Below are positions 48,604 through 56,983 of a DNA stretch of 56,983 bases, in pieces (position 1 is the first letter of the stretch; each line of letters opens with the position of its first letter). The position numbers and the translations under genes are program-made. Under the pieces are notes generated by a model, which was not told the DNA's origin, ran no database searches, and saw only the letters and a program-made list of their open reading frames with translations. The DNA comes from Mycobacteriales bacterium (GTDB lineage: Bacteria; Actinomycetota; Actinomycetes; Mycobacteriales; CADCTP01): NCBI GenBank assembly GCA_045806925.1, contig JBJMII010000137.1:1-56983 (forward strand), given 5' to 3'.

Positions 48604-49944
48604 ATGACTCCCAACCCCGGCCTCTCCCGCCGGAACTTCCTCGGCCTGTCCGCGGCGGTCGGCGCGGCCGGCGTCGCCACCGCGGCCTGCGGCGGCGGGA
48701 CTTCGGGCCCGCCCGGCACGCAGCAGCAGGGGGGTGGGGGCGAGTTCACCGGGAAGTACGACGGCCCGAACGTCACGCTGCAGTACTGGAACGGCTTCAC
48801 CGGCGGCGACGGCCCGTACATGAAGAAGCTGGTGAACCAGTTCAACTCGGAGCACCAGAACATCAAGGTCGTCATGACCACCATCCGGTGGGCCGACTAC
48901 TACCAGAAGGTGCCTGCCGCGGTGCAGTCCGGCAAGGGCCCGGACGTCGGGATCGCGCACCAGGACAACCTGGCCTCGCTCGCCGCCCGCCGGTCGATCC
49001 AGCCGCTCGACGACATCGCCAAGGAGCTGAAGCTCGAGGAGGGCGACTTCATCCCGTCCATCTGGAAGGGCGGCATCTACCAGGACAAGCGGTACGGGAT
49101 CCCGCTGGACGTGCACTCGCTCGCCCAGTACTGGAATACCGACCAGCTGTCCAAGGCGGGCCTGGACAAACCGCCGGCCAGCAAGGACGAGTTCGACCAG
49201 ACGGCCTCGAAGCTCAAGGCGGCCGGCGTCGAGCAGCCGTTCTGGATGCCGTCGCTGTGGCCGGGGCACCTCATCTTCCTTTCCCTGATCTGGCAGAACG
49301 GCGGTGCTCCCTACTCCGAGGACGGCAAGACCGCGACCTTCAACTCGCCGGAGGGCGTCGCGGCGCTGACCTGGATGGTCGACCAGATCAAGAACGGCGT
49401 GAGCCCGCGCAACGTCGCGATCGACACCCAGTACAACGCCTTCAAGAGCGGCAAGAACGCCGGCACCTTCGACGGCATCTGGCAGATCAACGACCTGAAG
49501 AGCACGGCGCCGAAGCTGAAGTGGGCGCTGGCCCCGGTGCCGAAGATCTTCGGCCAGGACGCGGTCTGGTCCAACGGGCACAACTTCGTGCTCATGACCC
49601 AGCAGAAGCCGGACGACAACAAGATGCAGGCGTCCAAGGTCTTCATCAACTACATCAGTGAGAAGTCCGCGGAGTGGGCCAACGCCGGCATGATCCCGGC
49701 CCGCAACTCCGCTCGCGAGGACCCCTCGTTCGCCAAGCAGACGCAGGCGCCGATCGCCGACAAGCTGGACGCCTTCCACTTCCTGCCGGCCGTGCCCGGC
49801 ATCGGCGACGTCGGCGCGCAGGGCATCGAGCAGGCGGTGAACAAGGCGACCCTGCTGCAGAAGTCGCCGCAGGAGGCACTCGACGAGGCGGCCGGCGTCG
49901 CGAACAAGCTGCTCGAAGAGAACCGCAAGAAGTTCGGCGGCTGA
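48604..49944 (+). CDS. Sugar ABC transporter substrate-binding lipoprotein, Tat-exported
   Basis: SRRNFL twin-arginine motif, TAAC lipobox, WNGFTGGDG, YGIPLD. Confidence 0.92.
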   Translation: MTPNPGLSRRNFLGLSAAVGAAGVATAACGGGTSGPPGTQQQGGGGEFTGKYDGPNVTLQYWNGFTGGDGPYMKKLVNQFNSEHQNIKVVMTTIRWADYYQKVPAAVQSGKGPDVGIAHQDNLASLAARRSIQPLDDIAKELKLEEGDFIPSIWKGGIYQDKRYGIPLDVHSLAQYWNTDQLSKAGLDKPPASKDEFDQTASKLKAAGVEQPFWMPSLWPGHLIFLSLIWQNGGAPYSEDGKTATFNSPEGVAALTWMVDQIKNGVSPRNVAIDTQYNAFKSGKNAGTFDGIWQINDLKSTAPKLKWALAPVPKIFGQDAVWSNGHNFVLMTQQKPDDNKMQASKVFINYISEKSAEWANAGMIPARNSAREDPSFAKQTQAPIADKLDAFHFLPAVPGIGDVGAQGIEQAVNKATLLQKSPQEALDEAAGVANKLLEENRKKFGG

Positions 49945-49945
49945 C

Positions 49946-50926
49946 GTGTCCACCGTCGACGCTGAAATCCTCCCCTCCGGGACGGACACGCTCCGGCCGG
50001 CGGCGGAGCAGAAGCCTCGGCGCGCGTCCCGCTACGGCGGAGCCTGGGTGCCGTACGTCTTCCTGCTGCCGTACCTGGTGCTGTTCGTGACGTTCGTGCT
50101 GGTCCCGATCGTGCTCGGGGTGTGGATCAGCCTGCACATCTGGGACTTCACGATCCCGAGGAAGCCCTGGAACGGCCTGTCGAACTACAAGGACCTCTTC
50201 GACTCCCAGTCCGTGGTCGGCCCGGACTTCATCCGGGCGATGAAGGCGACCACCATCTTCACCGTCGCCAGCGTCCCGCTGCTGGTCGTCGTCCCGCTCG
50301 CCGTCGCGTTGCTGATGAACGCGAAGTTCCGCGGCCGCAACCTCTTCCGCGCGGTCTACTTCGCCCCGTACGTCCTCGGCGTGGCGGTCATCGGCGTGCT
50401 CTGGCGCTACATCCTGGACAACAACATCGGCCTGCTGAACCACTACCTCAGCGCGCTCGGGCTGCCCTCCAACATCGCCTGGTTGACCTCGACGCCGCCC
50501 GCCTGGTTCGCGCTGGTCGGGGTGACCGTGTGGTGGACGCTCGGCTTCAACGCGGTCATCTACCTCGCCGGCCTCCAGGACATCCCGCCGGAGCTCTACG
50601 AGGCCGCGAAGATCGACGGCGCCAGCCCCTGGCAGCGCTTCCGGCACGTGACGCTGCCGGGGTTGCGACCGGTGCTGATGTTCATCGTGATCACGACGAT
50701 CATCGCCTCGGCGAACATGTTCGGCCAGTCGTACCTGATCACCCAGGGCGCGCCGGGGAACGAGACCCGCACCGCCATCATGTACATCGCCGACACCGGC
50801 CTGCGGAACTTCGACATGGGCCGGGCGGCGGCGATGAGCTTCGTGCTGACGCTGTGCCTGCTGGTGCTCAGCGGCCTGGTGATGCTCGCCTTCCGTGAGC
50901 GCAAGCCGAGGGGGCTGACCACGTGA
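49946..50926 (+). CDS. Sugar ABC permease (MalF-like)
   Basis: LAGLQDIPPELYEAAKIDGA EAA motif. Confidence 0.93.
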   Translation: MSTVDAEILPSGTDTLRPAAEQKPRRASRYGGAWVPYVFLLPYLVLFVTFVLVPIVLGVWISLHIWDFTIPRKPWNGLSNYKDLFDSQSVVGPDFIRAMKATTIFTVASVPLLVVVPLAVALLMNAKFRGRNLFRAVYFAPYVLGVAVIGVLWRYILDNNIGLLNHYLSALGLPSNIAWLTSTPPAWFALVGVTVWWTLGFNAVIYLAGLQDIPPELYEAAKIDGASPWQRFRHVTLPGLRPVLMFIVITTIIASANMFGQSYLITQGAPGNETRTAIMYIADTGLRNFDMGRAAAMSFVLTLCLLVLSGLVMLAFRERKPRGLTT

Positions 50927-51816
50927 CGACCTTCGTGGAGGGCACCGCCCCGATCACGGACAACCCGCCGGAGGGCCGGCGGTCCGGCCGACCGGGGCGG
51001 GCCAAGCGCACGCTGCAGTTCGCGGTGCTGATCATCCTCACCGTCCTGTTCGTCAGCCCGCTGATCTGGATGGCGGTGACGTCCTTCAAGACCCAGGCGG
51101 ACGCGATCTCACCGTCACCGCAATGGATCCCGGCGCACCCGACGACGTCCGCGTACGACGCGATGCTCGGCTCGTCGGACACCCCGGTGCTGCGCTGGTT
51201 CCTCAACAGCCTGCTGGCCTCGACCGCGCAGGCGCTGCTGGTGGTCGCAACCGCCGCTCTGGCCGCGTACGCGCTGGCCCGGATGAACTTCCGCGGCAAG
51301 CGGCTGATCTTCGGCACGATCGTGGCGACGCTGTTCGTGCCGGCGGTCATCCTGATCATCCCGAACTACATCATCGTGTCCAAGTTCGCCTGGCTGGACA
51401 GCCTCACTGCGGTGATCGTGCCGGGCGCGGCCAGCGCGTTCGGGGTGTTCTTCCTCCGGCAGTTCTTCACCTCGCTGCCGGTGGAGCTGGAGGAGGCCGC
51501 GTACGTCGACGGCGCGGGACCGTTCCGGATCTTCTGGTCGGTGGTGCTGCCGCTGTCCAGGCCGGCGCTGGCCACGCTGGCGCTGCTGGCCTTCCTGACC
51601 AACTGGAACGACTTCCTCTGGCCGCTGTACGTGCTGTTCAGCGCGGGGAAGCAGACGCTGCCGGCCGGCCTGGCGACGCTGCAGAACGCGAACGCGGTGC
51701 GCTACGACCTGCTGATGGCCGGCGCGATGATCGCGGCGGTGCCGGTGCTGCTGCTCTACCTGGTCGCGCAGCGCTTCGTGATCGAAGGGGTGTCCCGGAC
51801 CGGGCTGAAGGGCTGA
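50923..51816 (+). CDS. Sugar ABC permease (MalG-like)
   Basis: ELEEAAYVDGA, WNDFLWP. Confidence 0.93.
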   Translation: MTTFVEGTAPITDNPPEGRRSGRPGRAKRTLQFAVLIILTVLFVSPLIWMAVTSFKTQADAISPSPQWIPAHPTTSAYDAMLGSSDTPVLRWFLNSLLASTAQALLVVATAALAAYALARMNFRGKRLIFGTIVATLFVPAVILIIPNYIIVSKFAWLDSLTAVIVPGAASAFGVFFLRQFFTSLPVELEEAAYVDGAGPFRIFWSVVLPLSRPALATLALLAFLTNWNDFLWPLYVLFSAGKQTLPAGLATLQNANAVRYDLLMAGAMIAAVPVLLLYLVAQRFVIEGVSRTGLKG

Positions 51817-51901
51817 GTCAAGTCGGGGGCGGAGTCACGTCGGGGGGCTGAGTCAGGTCGGGGGGCTGAGTCAGGTCGGGGGGCTGAGTCAGGTCGGGGG
51901 G
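51813..51901. repeat. 18-bp tandem repeat x5, CTGAGTCAGGTCGGGGGG, starting at the permease stop codon
   Basis: Units at 51813, 51830, 51848, 51866, 51884. Confidence 0.88.
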
Positions 51902-52001
51902 CGGCCCCCGTGACCCCCGGGCGGCCAGTGGGTGCCGCTGGTCCGGTCTCGACCGGGCTTCGTCCAGCGAGCCCCGCCGGGGGCGGAGGGCCCCGACGGC
52001 A

Positions 52002-52035
52002 TTCGAACCCGCCGGCGCCGGACCGGCGGCTCGAA
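52002..52035. terminator. Imperfect hairpin downstream of the HATPase gene
   Basis: TTCGAACCCGCCGG...CCGGCGGCTCGAA. Confidence 0.5.
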
Positions 52036-52049
52036 CGCAGGCGTGCGGC

Positions 52050-52466
52050 TCAGCCGGCCTGGGGGAGTGGGACCTCGGCCCACACCGTCTTGCCCCGGCC
52101 CGGAGTGGAGCGCCAGCCCCAGGCGCAGGCGAGCCGGGTGACCACGCTCAGGCCCCGGCCGGTCTCCGCGTCCGGGGCGGGCCGGTTGTTGTGCGGCGAA
52201 GCGTCGGACCGGCCGTCGGTGACCTCGACCCGCACCCGCTCCGGAGCCCGCGTCACGGTGACCACGATCGGCTCGGCACCGTGCACCACCGCGTTGGTCA
52301 CCAGCTCGCTCACCACGAGCAGCAGGTCCTCCTGCGCCGGCCCGGGACAGCCCCAGCCGGTCAGCACCCCGCTCACCGCACGGCGGCCGCGGGCCGGCGC
52401 GTCCGGGTCCCCGTCCAGCTCGATCACCTCGGTCCCCGCGGCGCCGTGCATCTGCGGTCCGTCCAC
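52050..52466 (-). CDS. Stand-alone HATPase_c (RsbW/anti-sigma-like) ATP-binding protein
   Basis: LLVVSELVTNAVVHG, VEVTD, GRGL, WG, GKTVW; start uncertain. Confidence 0.85.
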   Translation of the reverse strand: MDGPQMHGAAGTEVIELDGDPDAPARGRRAVSGVLTGWGCPGPAQEDLLLVVSELVTNAVVHGAEPIVVTVTRAPERVRVEVTDGRSDASPHNNRPAPDAETGRGLSVVTRLACAWGWRSTPGRGKTVWAEVPLPQAG

Positions 52467-52639
52467 ACCGTGACTGTGCCCGTTCGGCACTGCGGGGACT
52501 CACCAATTTCGCACCGGATTTCCGCCGCGGCCGGCGAGGAGACCCAGGCCGAGGGTCCCGGGCTCGGCGGACCGCGGCCGGCCGGGTCCACCCGGCCAGC
52601 GGGACGGTTCGCGCGGCGGCGACCGCGGGCTGAGGTTTC

Positions 52640-52661
52640 TGTCGGACCGCCCCGCTAGCGT
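52640..52661 (+). promoter_or_regulatory. PafBC-type (RecA-NDp) DNA-damage promoter
   Basis: TGTCGG-ACCGCCCCGC(N10)-TAGCGT, exact match to TGTCGG-N10-TA-N3-T. Confidence 0.8.
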
Positions 52662-52684
52662 TCGCCGGGACGAAGGGAGGCGGG

Positions 52685-52795
52685 ATGCGGGGTCGGCGGT
52701 CCGGGGGACTGGGCGTGCGGGGCTGGCTGCTGCTGATCGTGCTGGCGATCATCGTGCTCGGCATGCTCAGCGGGTTGCTGGACCGGGCGACGTGA
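52685..52795 (+). CDS. 36-aa single-TM microprotein, not in the ORF track
   Basis: [45 protein letters not shown]; TGA overlaps the ligase GTG (GTGA). Confidence 0.65.
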   Translation: MRGRRSGGLGVRGWLLLIVLAIIVLGMLSGLLDRAT

Positions 52796-54339
52796 CCGGG
52801 CTGCTGCTGCGCGAGGTGGCGGTGGCCTCCGCGGAGGTGGCCGCGACGCCGGCCCGGCTCGGCAAGGTGGCGCGGCTGGCGGCCGTGCTGGCCGGGGCCC
52901 AGCCGGACGAGGTGGCCGCGGCGGTGGCGTTCCTGTCCGGCGAGCTGCGGCAGCGGCAGATCGGGGTCGGCTGGGCGTCGCTGCGGGAGGTGCCCCCGCC
53001 GGCGACGGAGGCCTCGCTGCGGGTGGCGGAGGTGGACGCGATCTTCGAGCGGGTCGGCCGGCAGGCGGGTGCCGGCTCGCAGGCCGCCCGGCGGGACCTG
53101 CTCGGTGCGCTGTTCGCCAGGGCGACGGAGGTCGAGCAGCGCTTCCTGCGGCAGCTGCTGGTGGGCGAGCTGCGGCAGGGCGCGCTGGAGGGGGTGATGA
53201 CCGACGCGGTGGCCCGGGCGGCCGGGCTGCCGGCCCGGGACGTGCGCCGGGCGGTGATGCTCCGCGGCGATCTCGGCGCGGTCGCCGCGGCGGCGCTGTC
53301 CGGCGGAGCCGAGGCGGTGGCCGCGTTCCGGCTCCAGGTGGGCCGGCCGGTGCTGCCGATGCTCGCGCAGACCGCGGAGAGCGTCGGCGCCGCGCTGGAG
53401 CGGGTGCACCCGGCCGCGGTGGAGTGGAAGCTGGACGGCGCCCGGGTCCAGGTGCACCGGTCCGGCGACCAGGTGGCCGTCTTCACCCGCAGCCTGGACG
53501 ACATCACCGCCCGGGTGCCGGAGGTGGTGCAGGTGGCCCGGGCGCTGCCGGTGTCGGCGGCGGTGCTCGACGGCGAGGTGATCGCACTGGCACCGGACGG
53601 GCGGCCCCGGCCGTTCCAGGTGACCGCGAGCCGGGTGGGCAGCCGGGGCGACCCGCCGGCGCTGCGGGCGGCGACCCCGCTGTCGGTCTTCCTGTTCGAC
53701 CTGCTGCACCTGGACGGGCGGGACCTGCTGGACAGCCCCGGGCGGGAGCGGGCCGAGGCGCTGGCGGCGGTGCTGCCGGCGGCGCACCGGGTGCCGCGCG
53801 CAGTGGTGGACGCCGAGCCGGCCGCGGCGGAGGTGCTGGCCGAGGCGCTCGCCCGCGGGCACGAGGGCGTGCTGGTGAAGTCGCTCGAGACGGCGTACGA
53901 GGCGGGTCGCCGCGGCGCCGGCTGGCTCAAGGTCAAGCCGCGGCACACGCTCGACCTGGTGGTCCTGGCGGTGGAGCGGGGGCACGGCCGGCGCCGCGGC
54001 TGGCTGTCCAACCTGCACCTCGGGGCACGGGACCCGGCGACCGGCGGGTTCGTGATGCTGGGCAAGACCTTCAAGGGGCTCACCGACGCGATGCTCGCCT
54101 GGCAGACCGAGCGGCTCGGCGCCCTCGCGGCCGGCGACGACGGCTGGGTGGTGACGGTCCGGCCGGAGCTGGTGGTGGAGGTCGCCTTCGACGGTGTGCA
54201 GACCAGCCCGCGCTACCCCGGCGGGGTGGCGCTGCGCTTCGCCCGGGTGCTGCGCTACCGGGAGGACAAGACCCCCGTGGAAGCCGACACGATCGATACC
54301 ATCCGTGCCATCCACACCGGAAGCATGCCCCCTAGCTGA
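52792..54339 (+). CDS. ligB: ATP-dependent DNA ligase, LigB type
   Basis: N-terminal DNA-binding domain, PMLA, EWKLDG adenylation motif, LDGE, FDLL, EGVLVK, WLKVK, GKTFKG, ALRFARV. Confidence 0.92.
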   Translation: MTGLLLREVAVASAEVAATPARLGKVARLAAVLAGAQPDEVAAAVAFLSGELRQRQIGVGWASLREVPPPATEASLRVAEVDAIFERVGRQAGAGSQAARRDLLGALFARATEVEQRFLRQLLVGELRQGALEGVMTDAVARAAGLPARDVRRAVMLRGDLGAVAAAALSGGAEAVAAFRLQVGRPVLPMLAQTAESVGAALERVHPAAVEWKLDGARVQVHRSGDQVAVFTRSLDDITARVPEVVQVARALPVSAAVLDGEVIALAPDGRPRPFQVTASRVGSRGDPPALRAATPLSVFLFDLLHLDGRDLLDSPGRERAEALAAVLPAAHRVPRAVVDAEPAAAEVLAEALARGHEGVLVKSLETAYEAGRRGAGWLKVKPRHTLDLVVLAVERGHGRRRGWLSNLHLGARDPATGGFVMLGKTFKGLTDAMLAWQTERLGALAAGDDGWVVTVRPELVVEVAFDGVQTSPRYPGGVALRFARVLRYREDKTPVEADTIDTIRAIHTGSMPPS

Positions 54340-54474
54340 TAAACCGGGCAGCACGGACTAACGTCTCTACTTGTGCGAGCGGTCATCATCTGCGCCGGGA
54401 CCGGGCGGGAGGGGCGGCGTCCGCACCCTGCGATCCCCGCGGGGGGCCGGGCCGGCTCGGTGCTCGGGTAACCG

Positions 54475-55683
54475 ATGGGCGAGCGCATCCTCACCGTCAC
54501 GAGCCGGAAGCTGCCGGACCCGGTCGACCTGCTGTCCTGGCTGCCCTCCCCGCAGGGCGCGCTGAGCTGGGTCCGCGGTGGCGACGGGCTGGTCGGCTGG
54601 GGCGAGGCCGCGCGGTTCGCCCCGGACGGTGCCGACCGGTTCGCCCGGGCCCAGCGATGGTGGTCCGACGTCACCGCTCGGGCCCGGGTGGACGACGAGC
54701 TGGGGGTGCCGGGGTCGGGGCCGGTGGCGTTCGCCACCATCGCCTTCGCCGACGTCCCCGGCCGCTCGGTGCTGGTCGTGCCGCGGCTGCTGGTGGGCCG
54801 GCGGGACGGGGTGAGCTGGACGACCACCGTGGGCACCGCCCGGCGGCCGGCGCCGGCGCCGGTCAGCCCGCCGCGCGGGGTGCGCTACCGGGACGGCGCG
54901 GTGGGTGACGCGGCGCACCGGCGGTCGGTGGCGGCCGCGGTGGCCCGGATCCGGGCCGGCGAGCTCGGCAAGGTGGTGCTGGCCCGGGACCTGGTGGCGG
55001 AGGCGGACGCCCCGCTGGACGAGCGGCACCTGCTGGCCCGGCTGGCCGACCGGTTCCCGACCTGCTGGGTCTACGCGGTGGCCGGCCTGGTCGGGGCGAC
55101 CCCGGAGCTGCTGCTGCGCCGGGACCGGGAGACGGTGTCCGCGCTGCTGCTGGCCGGCACCGGGTGGCCGCGGCCGGGGCTGGCGGACGCCGGGCTGGCC
55201 CGGCAGCTGCTCGCCTCGCCGAAGGACCGCAGCGAGCACCGGTACGGGGTGCGGTCGCTGACCGAGGCGCTGGCGCCGTTCTGCTCCTGGCTGGAGGTGC
55301 CGGCCGAGCCGTCCGTGCTGCAGCTGGCCAACGTCACGCACCTGGTCACCGAGCTGCGGGGCCGGCTGGCGGCGGACACGCCGCTGCTGGAGCTCGCCGG
55401 CCGGGTGCACCCGACCGCGGCCGCCGGCGGGTGGCCCACCGCCGCCGCGACGCGGCTGATCGGCGAGCTGGAGGGCATTGACCGCGGCGGTTACCTCGGC
55501 CCGGTCGGCTGGCTCGACGGCCGCGGGAACGGCGAGCTCGGGGTGGCGCTGCGCTGCGCGCAGGTGGCCGGGACGACGGCGCGGCTGTTCGCCGGGGGCG
55601 GGATCGTGGCCGGCTCGGACCCGGACACCGAGGCGGCCGAGGTGGCCGCGAAGTTCCAGGCGATCCGGTCGGCGCTGGGCTGA
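54475..55683 (+). CDS. Isochorismate synthase (MenF/EntC-like)
   Basis: KVVLAR, GATPELL, LAGT, KDRSEH, HPTAA, GPVGW, LRCA, AGGGIV, KF. Confidence 0.88.
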   Translation: MGERILTVTSRKLPDPVDLLSWLPSPQGALSWVRGGDGLVGWGEAARFAPDGADRFARAQRWWSDVTARARVDDELGVPGSGPVAFATIAFADVPGRSVLVVPRLLVGRRDGVSWTTTVGTARRPAPAPVSPPRGVRYRDGAVGDAAHRRSVAAAVARIRAGELGKVVLARDLVAEADAPLDERHLLARLADRFPTCWVYAVAGLVGATPELLLRRDRETVSALLLAGTGWPRPGLADAGLARQLLASPKDRSEHRYGVRSLTEALAPFCSWLEVPAEPSVLQLANVTHLVTELRGRLAADTPLLELAGRVHPTAAAGGWPTAAATRLIGELEGIDRGGYLGPVGWLDGRGNGELGVALRCAQVAGTTARLFAGGGIVAGSDPDTEAAEVAAKFQAIRSALG

Positions 55684-55763
55684 CCGGTACCGCGCGGCTG
55701 GCCGGTGCCGGGCGGCTGGCCGGTGCCGGGCGGCTGGCCGGTGCCGGGCGGCTGGCCGGTGCC
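55684..55763. repeat. 18-bp tandem repeat (~4.5 copies), CCGGTGCCGGGCGGCTGG, immediately after the stop codon
   Basis: Units at 55684, 55702, 55720, 55738, 55756. Confidence 0.88.
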
Positions 55764-55772
55764 CCTCGCAGC

Positions 55773-55810
55773 CGGGAGTCCCGGCCGCCGGGCGGCGGCC
55801 GGGACTCCCG
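55773..55810. terminator. Perfect 17-bp hairpin between convergent genes
   Basis: CGGGAGTCCCGGCCGCC-GGGC-GGCGGCCGGGACTCCCG. Confidence 0.75.
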
Positions 55811-55840
55811 AGGTTGCCCGCTGCTGGAGTTGGTGCTGGG

Positions 55841-56122
55841 TCAGACGCGGCGACCGATTCCGCGCCGGGTGGCGGCCCGGTAGACCAGCAGCGCGATGAT
55901 GGCGCCGAGGATCGAGCCGATGATGCCGGACGGCTGCAGCGCGCCCTCGTCGAGGTCCTTGCCGAACAGCGCCCAGCCGAGGAAGCCGCCGATGAACGAG
56001 CCGACGATGCCCAGCACGATCGTCGCAGCGATGCCCATCGGGTCCGGTCCCGGCACGAGCGCGCGGGCGATGAAGCCGGCGATGGCGCCGATGATGATGA
56101 GCGTGATGATGAACCAGAGCAC
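55841..56122 (-). CDS. GlsB/YeaQ/YmgE family stress-response membrane protein
   Basis: IIGAIAGFIARALVPG, LGIVGSFIGG, SILGAIIAL; GGAGGA RBS before GTG 56122. Confidence 0.9.
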   Translation of the reverse strand: MLWFIITLIIIGAIAGFIARALVPGPDPMGIAATIVLGIVGSFIGGFLGWALFGKDLDEGALQPSGIIGSILGAIIALLVYRAATRRGIGRRV

Positions 56123-56342
56123 GGGTTCCTCCACTGTGTCGTGACGGCCCCACACCGCCACATCCGGTCACCGCAGTGACTACCCCGCACGGGTGCGGTC
56201 CAACCTCGGCTGTGCGACCCGTCGGACCGCGGGCCCGCCTCGGTCCCGCGGTGTGCCGGACGGCGCCGGGGACTATTCTTTGGCTGGTCGTTGCCGTGAC
56301 CGGCCGGTCGCGGTGGCGCTGTCGACCCGCCGGAGGCCCCGA

Positions 56343-56983
56343 GTGACCGTCACCGCCCCCACGCCGATCGTCAGCCGCCCCAACCCGGTGCGGCCGACCA
56401 GCCGAGGCTCGGTCTTCCTCGACCTGCTGCACACCACCGACCACAAGACGATCGGGAAGCTGTACCTGGTGACCTCGTTCGGCTTCTTCCTGGCCGCCGG
56501 GATCATGGCGCTGCTGATCCGCGGCGAGCTGGCCCGGCCGGGCCTGCAGTACCTGAGCCAGGAGCAGTACAACCAGCTCTTCACCATGCACGGCACGATC
56601 ATGCTGCTGTTCTTCGCGACGCCGATGGTCTTCGCGTTCGCCAACCTGGTGCTGCCGCTGCAGATCGGCTCCCCGGACGTCAGCTTCCCCCGGCTGAACG
56701 CGTTGTCCTACTGGCTCTTCCTGTTCGGCGGCCTGATGCTGATGGCCGGCTTCCTCACCCCGGGAGGGGCGGCGGACTTCGGCTGGTACGCCTACGCGCC
56801 GCTGACCGACGCGGTGAACTCCCCGGGCGTCGGGGCCGACCTGTGGTTCGTCGGGCTCACCGTCTCCGGGCTCGGCACGATCCTCGGCGGCGTCAACATG
56901 ATCACCACGGTGATCACGCTGCGGGCGCCCGGCATGACCATGTTCCGGATGCCGATCTTCACCTGGAACATCCTGGTCACCAG
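56343..56983 (+). CDS. ctaD: Cytochrome c oxidase subunit I (truncated by window edge)
   Basis: [47 protein letters not shown]; GGAGG RBS. Confidence 0.95.
   Translation, partial: MTVTAPTPIVSRPNPVRPTSRGSVFLDLLHTTDHKTIGKLYLVTSFGFFLAAGIMALLIRGELARPGLQYLSQEQYNQLFTMHGTIMLLFFATPMVFAFANLVLPLQIGSPDVSFPRLNALSYWLFLFGGLMLMAGFLTPGGAADFGWYAYAPLTDAVNSPGVGADLWFVGLTVSGLGTILGGVNMITTVITLRAPGMTMFRMPIFTWNILVT

Noticed and set aside
51985-52012. tRNA 3'-end-like sequence on the minus strand (GCGGGTTCGAATGCCGTCGGGGCC), possible att remnant
   Set aside because: T-stem mismatch, no matching 5' acceptor or anticodon arm, no integrase nearby; explained as one arm of a terminator-like hairpin
54475-55683. Siderophore biosynthetic cluster
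   Set aside because: Isolated isochorismate synthase with no NRPS, dhb/ent genes or iron box; a menaquinone role is at least as likely

Overview
Very GC-rich actinobacterial chromosomal segment with about 55 plausible genes; most long ORFs in the six-frame track are GC shadow frames. Housekeeping and metabolic genes include a ROK kinase, a ChlI-like AAA+/vWA pair, metB, an acyl-CoA ligase, an Fe(III) ABC transporter, ACC deaminase, an MFS exporter, pta, a CaiB racemase, CapA, osmC, hrpA, dodecin, ligB, isochorismate synthase and the start of ctaD. There is also a LacI-controlled divergent GH43 sugar-utilisation locus containing a PhyH-type dioxygenase, and a decayed DUF222-HNH element. I found no rRNA, complete tRNA, CRISPR array or intact transposase. 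Main observations beyond routine annotation: (1) an unannotated 36-aa membrane microprotein behind an exact PafBC/RecA-NDp DNA-damage promoter and translationally coupled to ligB; (2) an orphan ParA-family ATPase coupled to a small protein with a Rho_N/SAP-like motif instead of ParB; (3) a 2OG-Fe(II) dioxygenase coupled to a GH43 glycosidase; (4) an orphan solute-binding lipoprotein directly upstream of acdS; (5) an 18-bp bidirectional leaderless promoter; (6) a doubled IdeR box that is also a perfect hairpin; (7) many young tandem repeats, several anchored on stop codons. All calls come from reading motifs by eye; no database searches were run.
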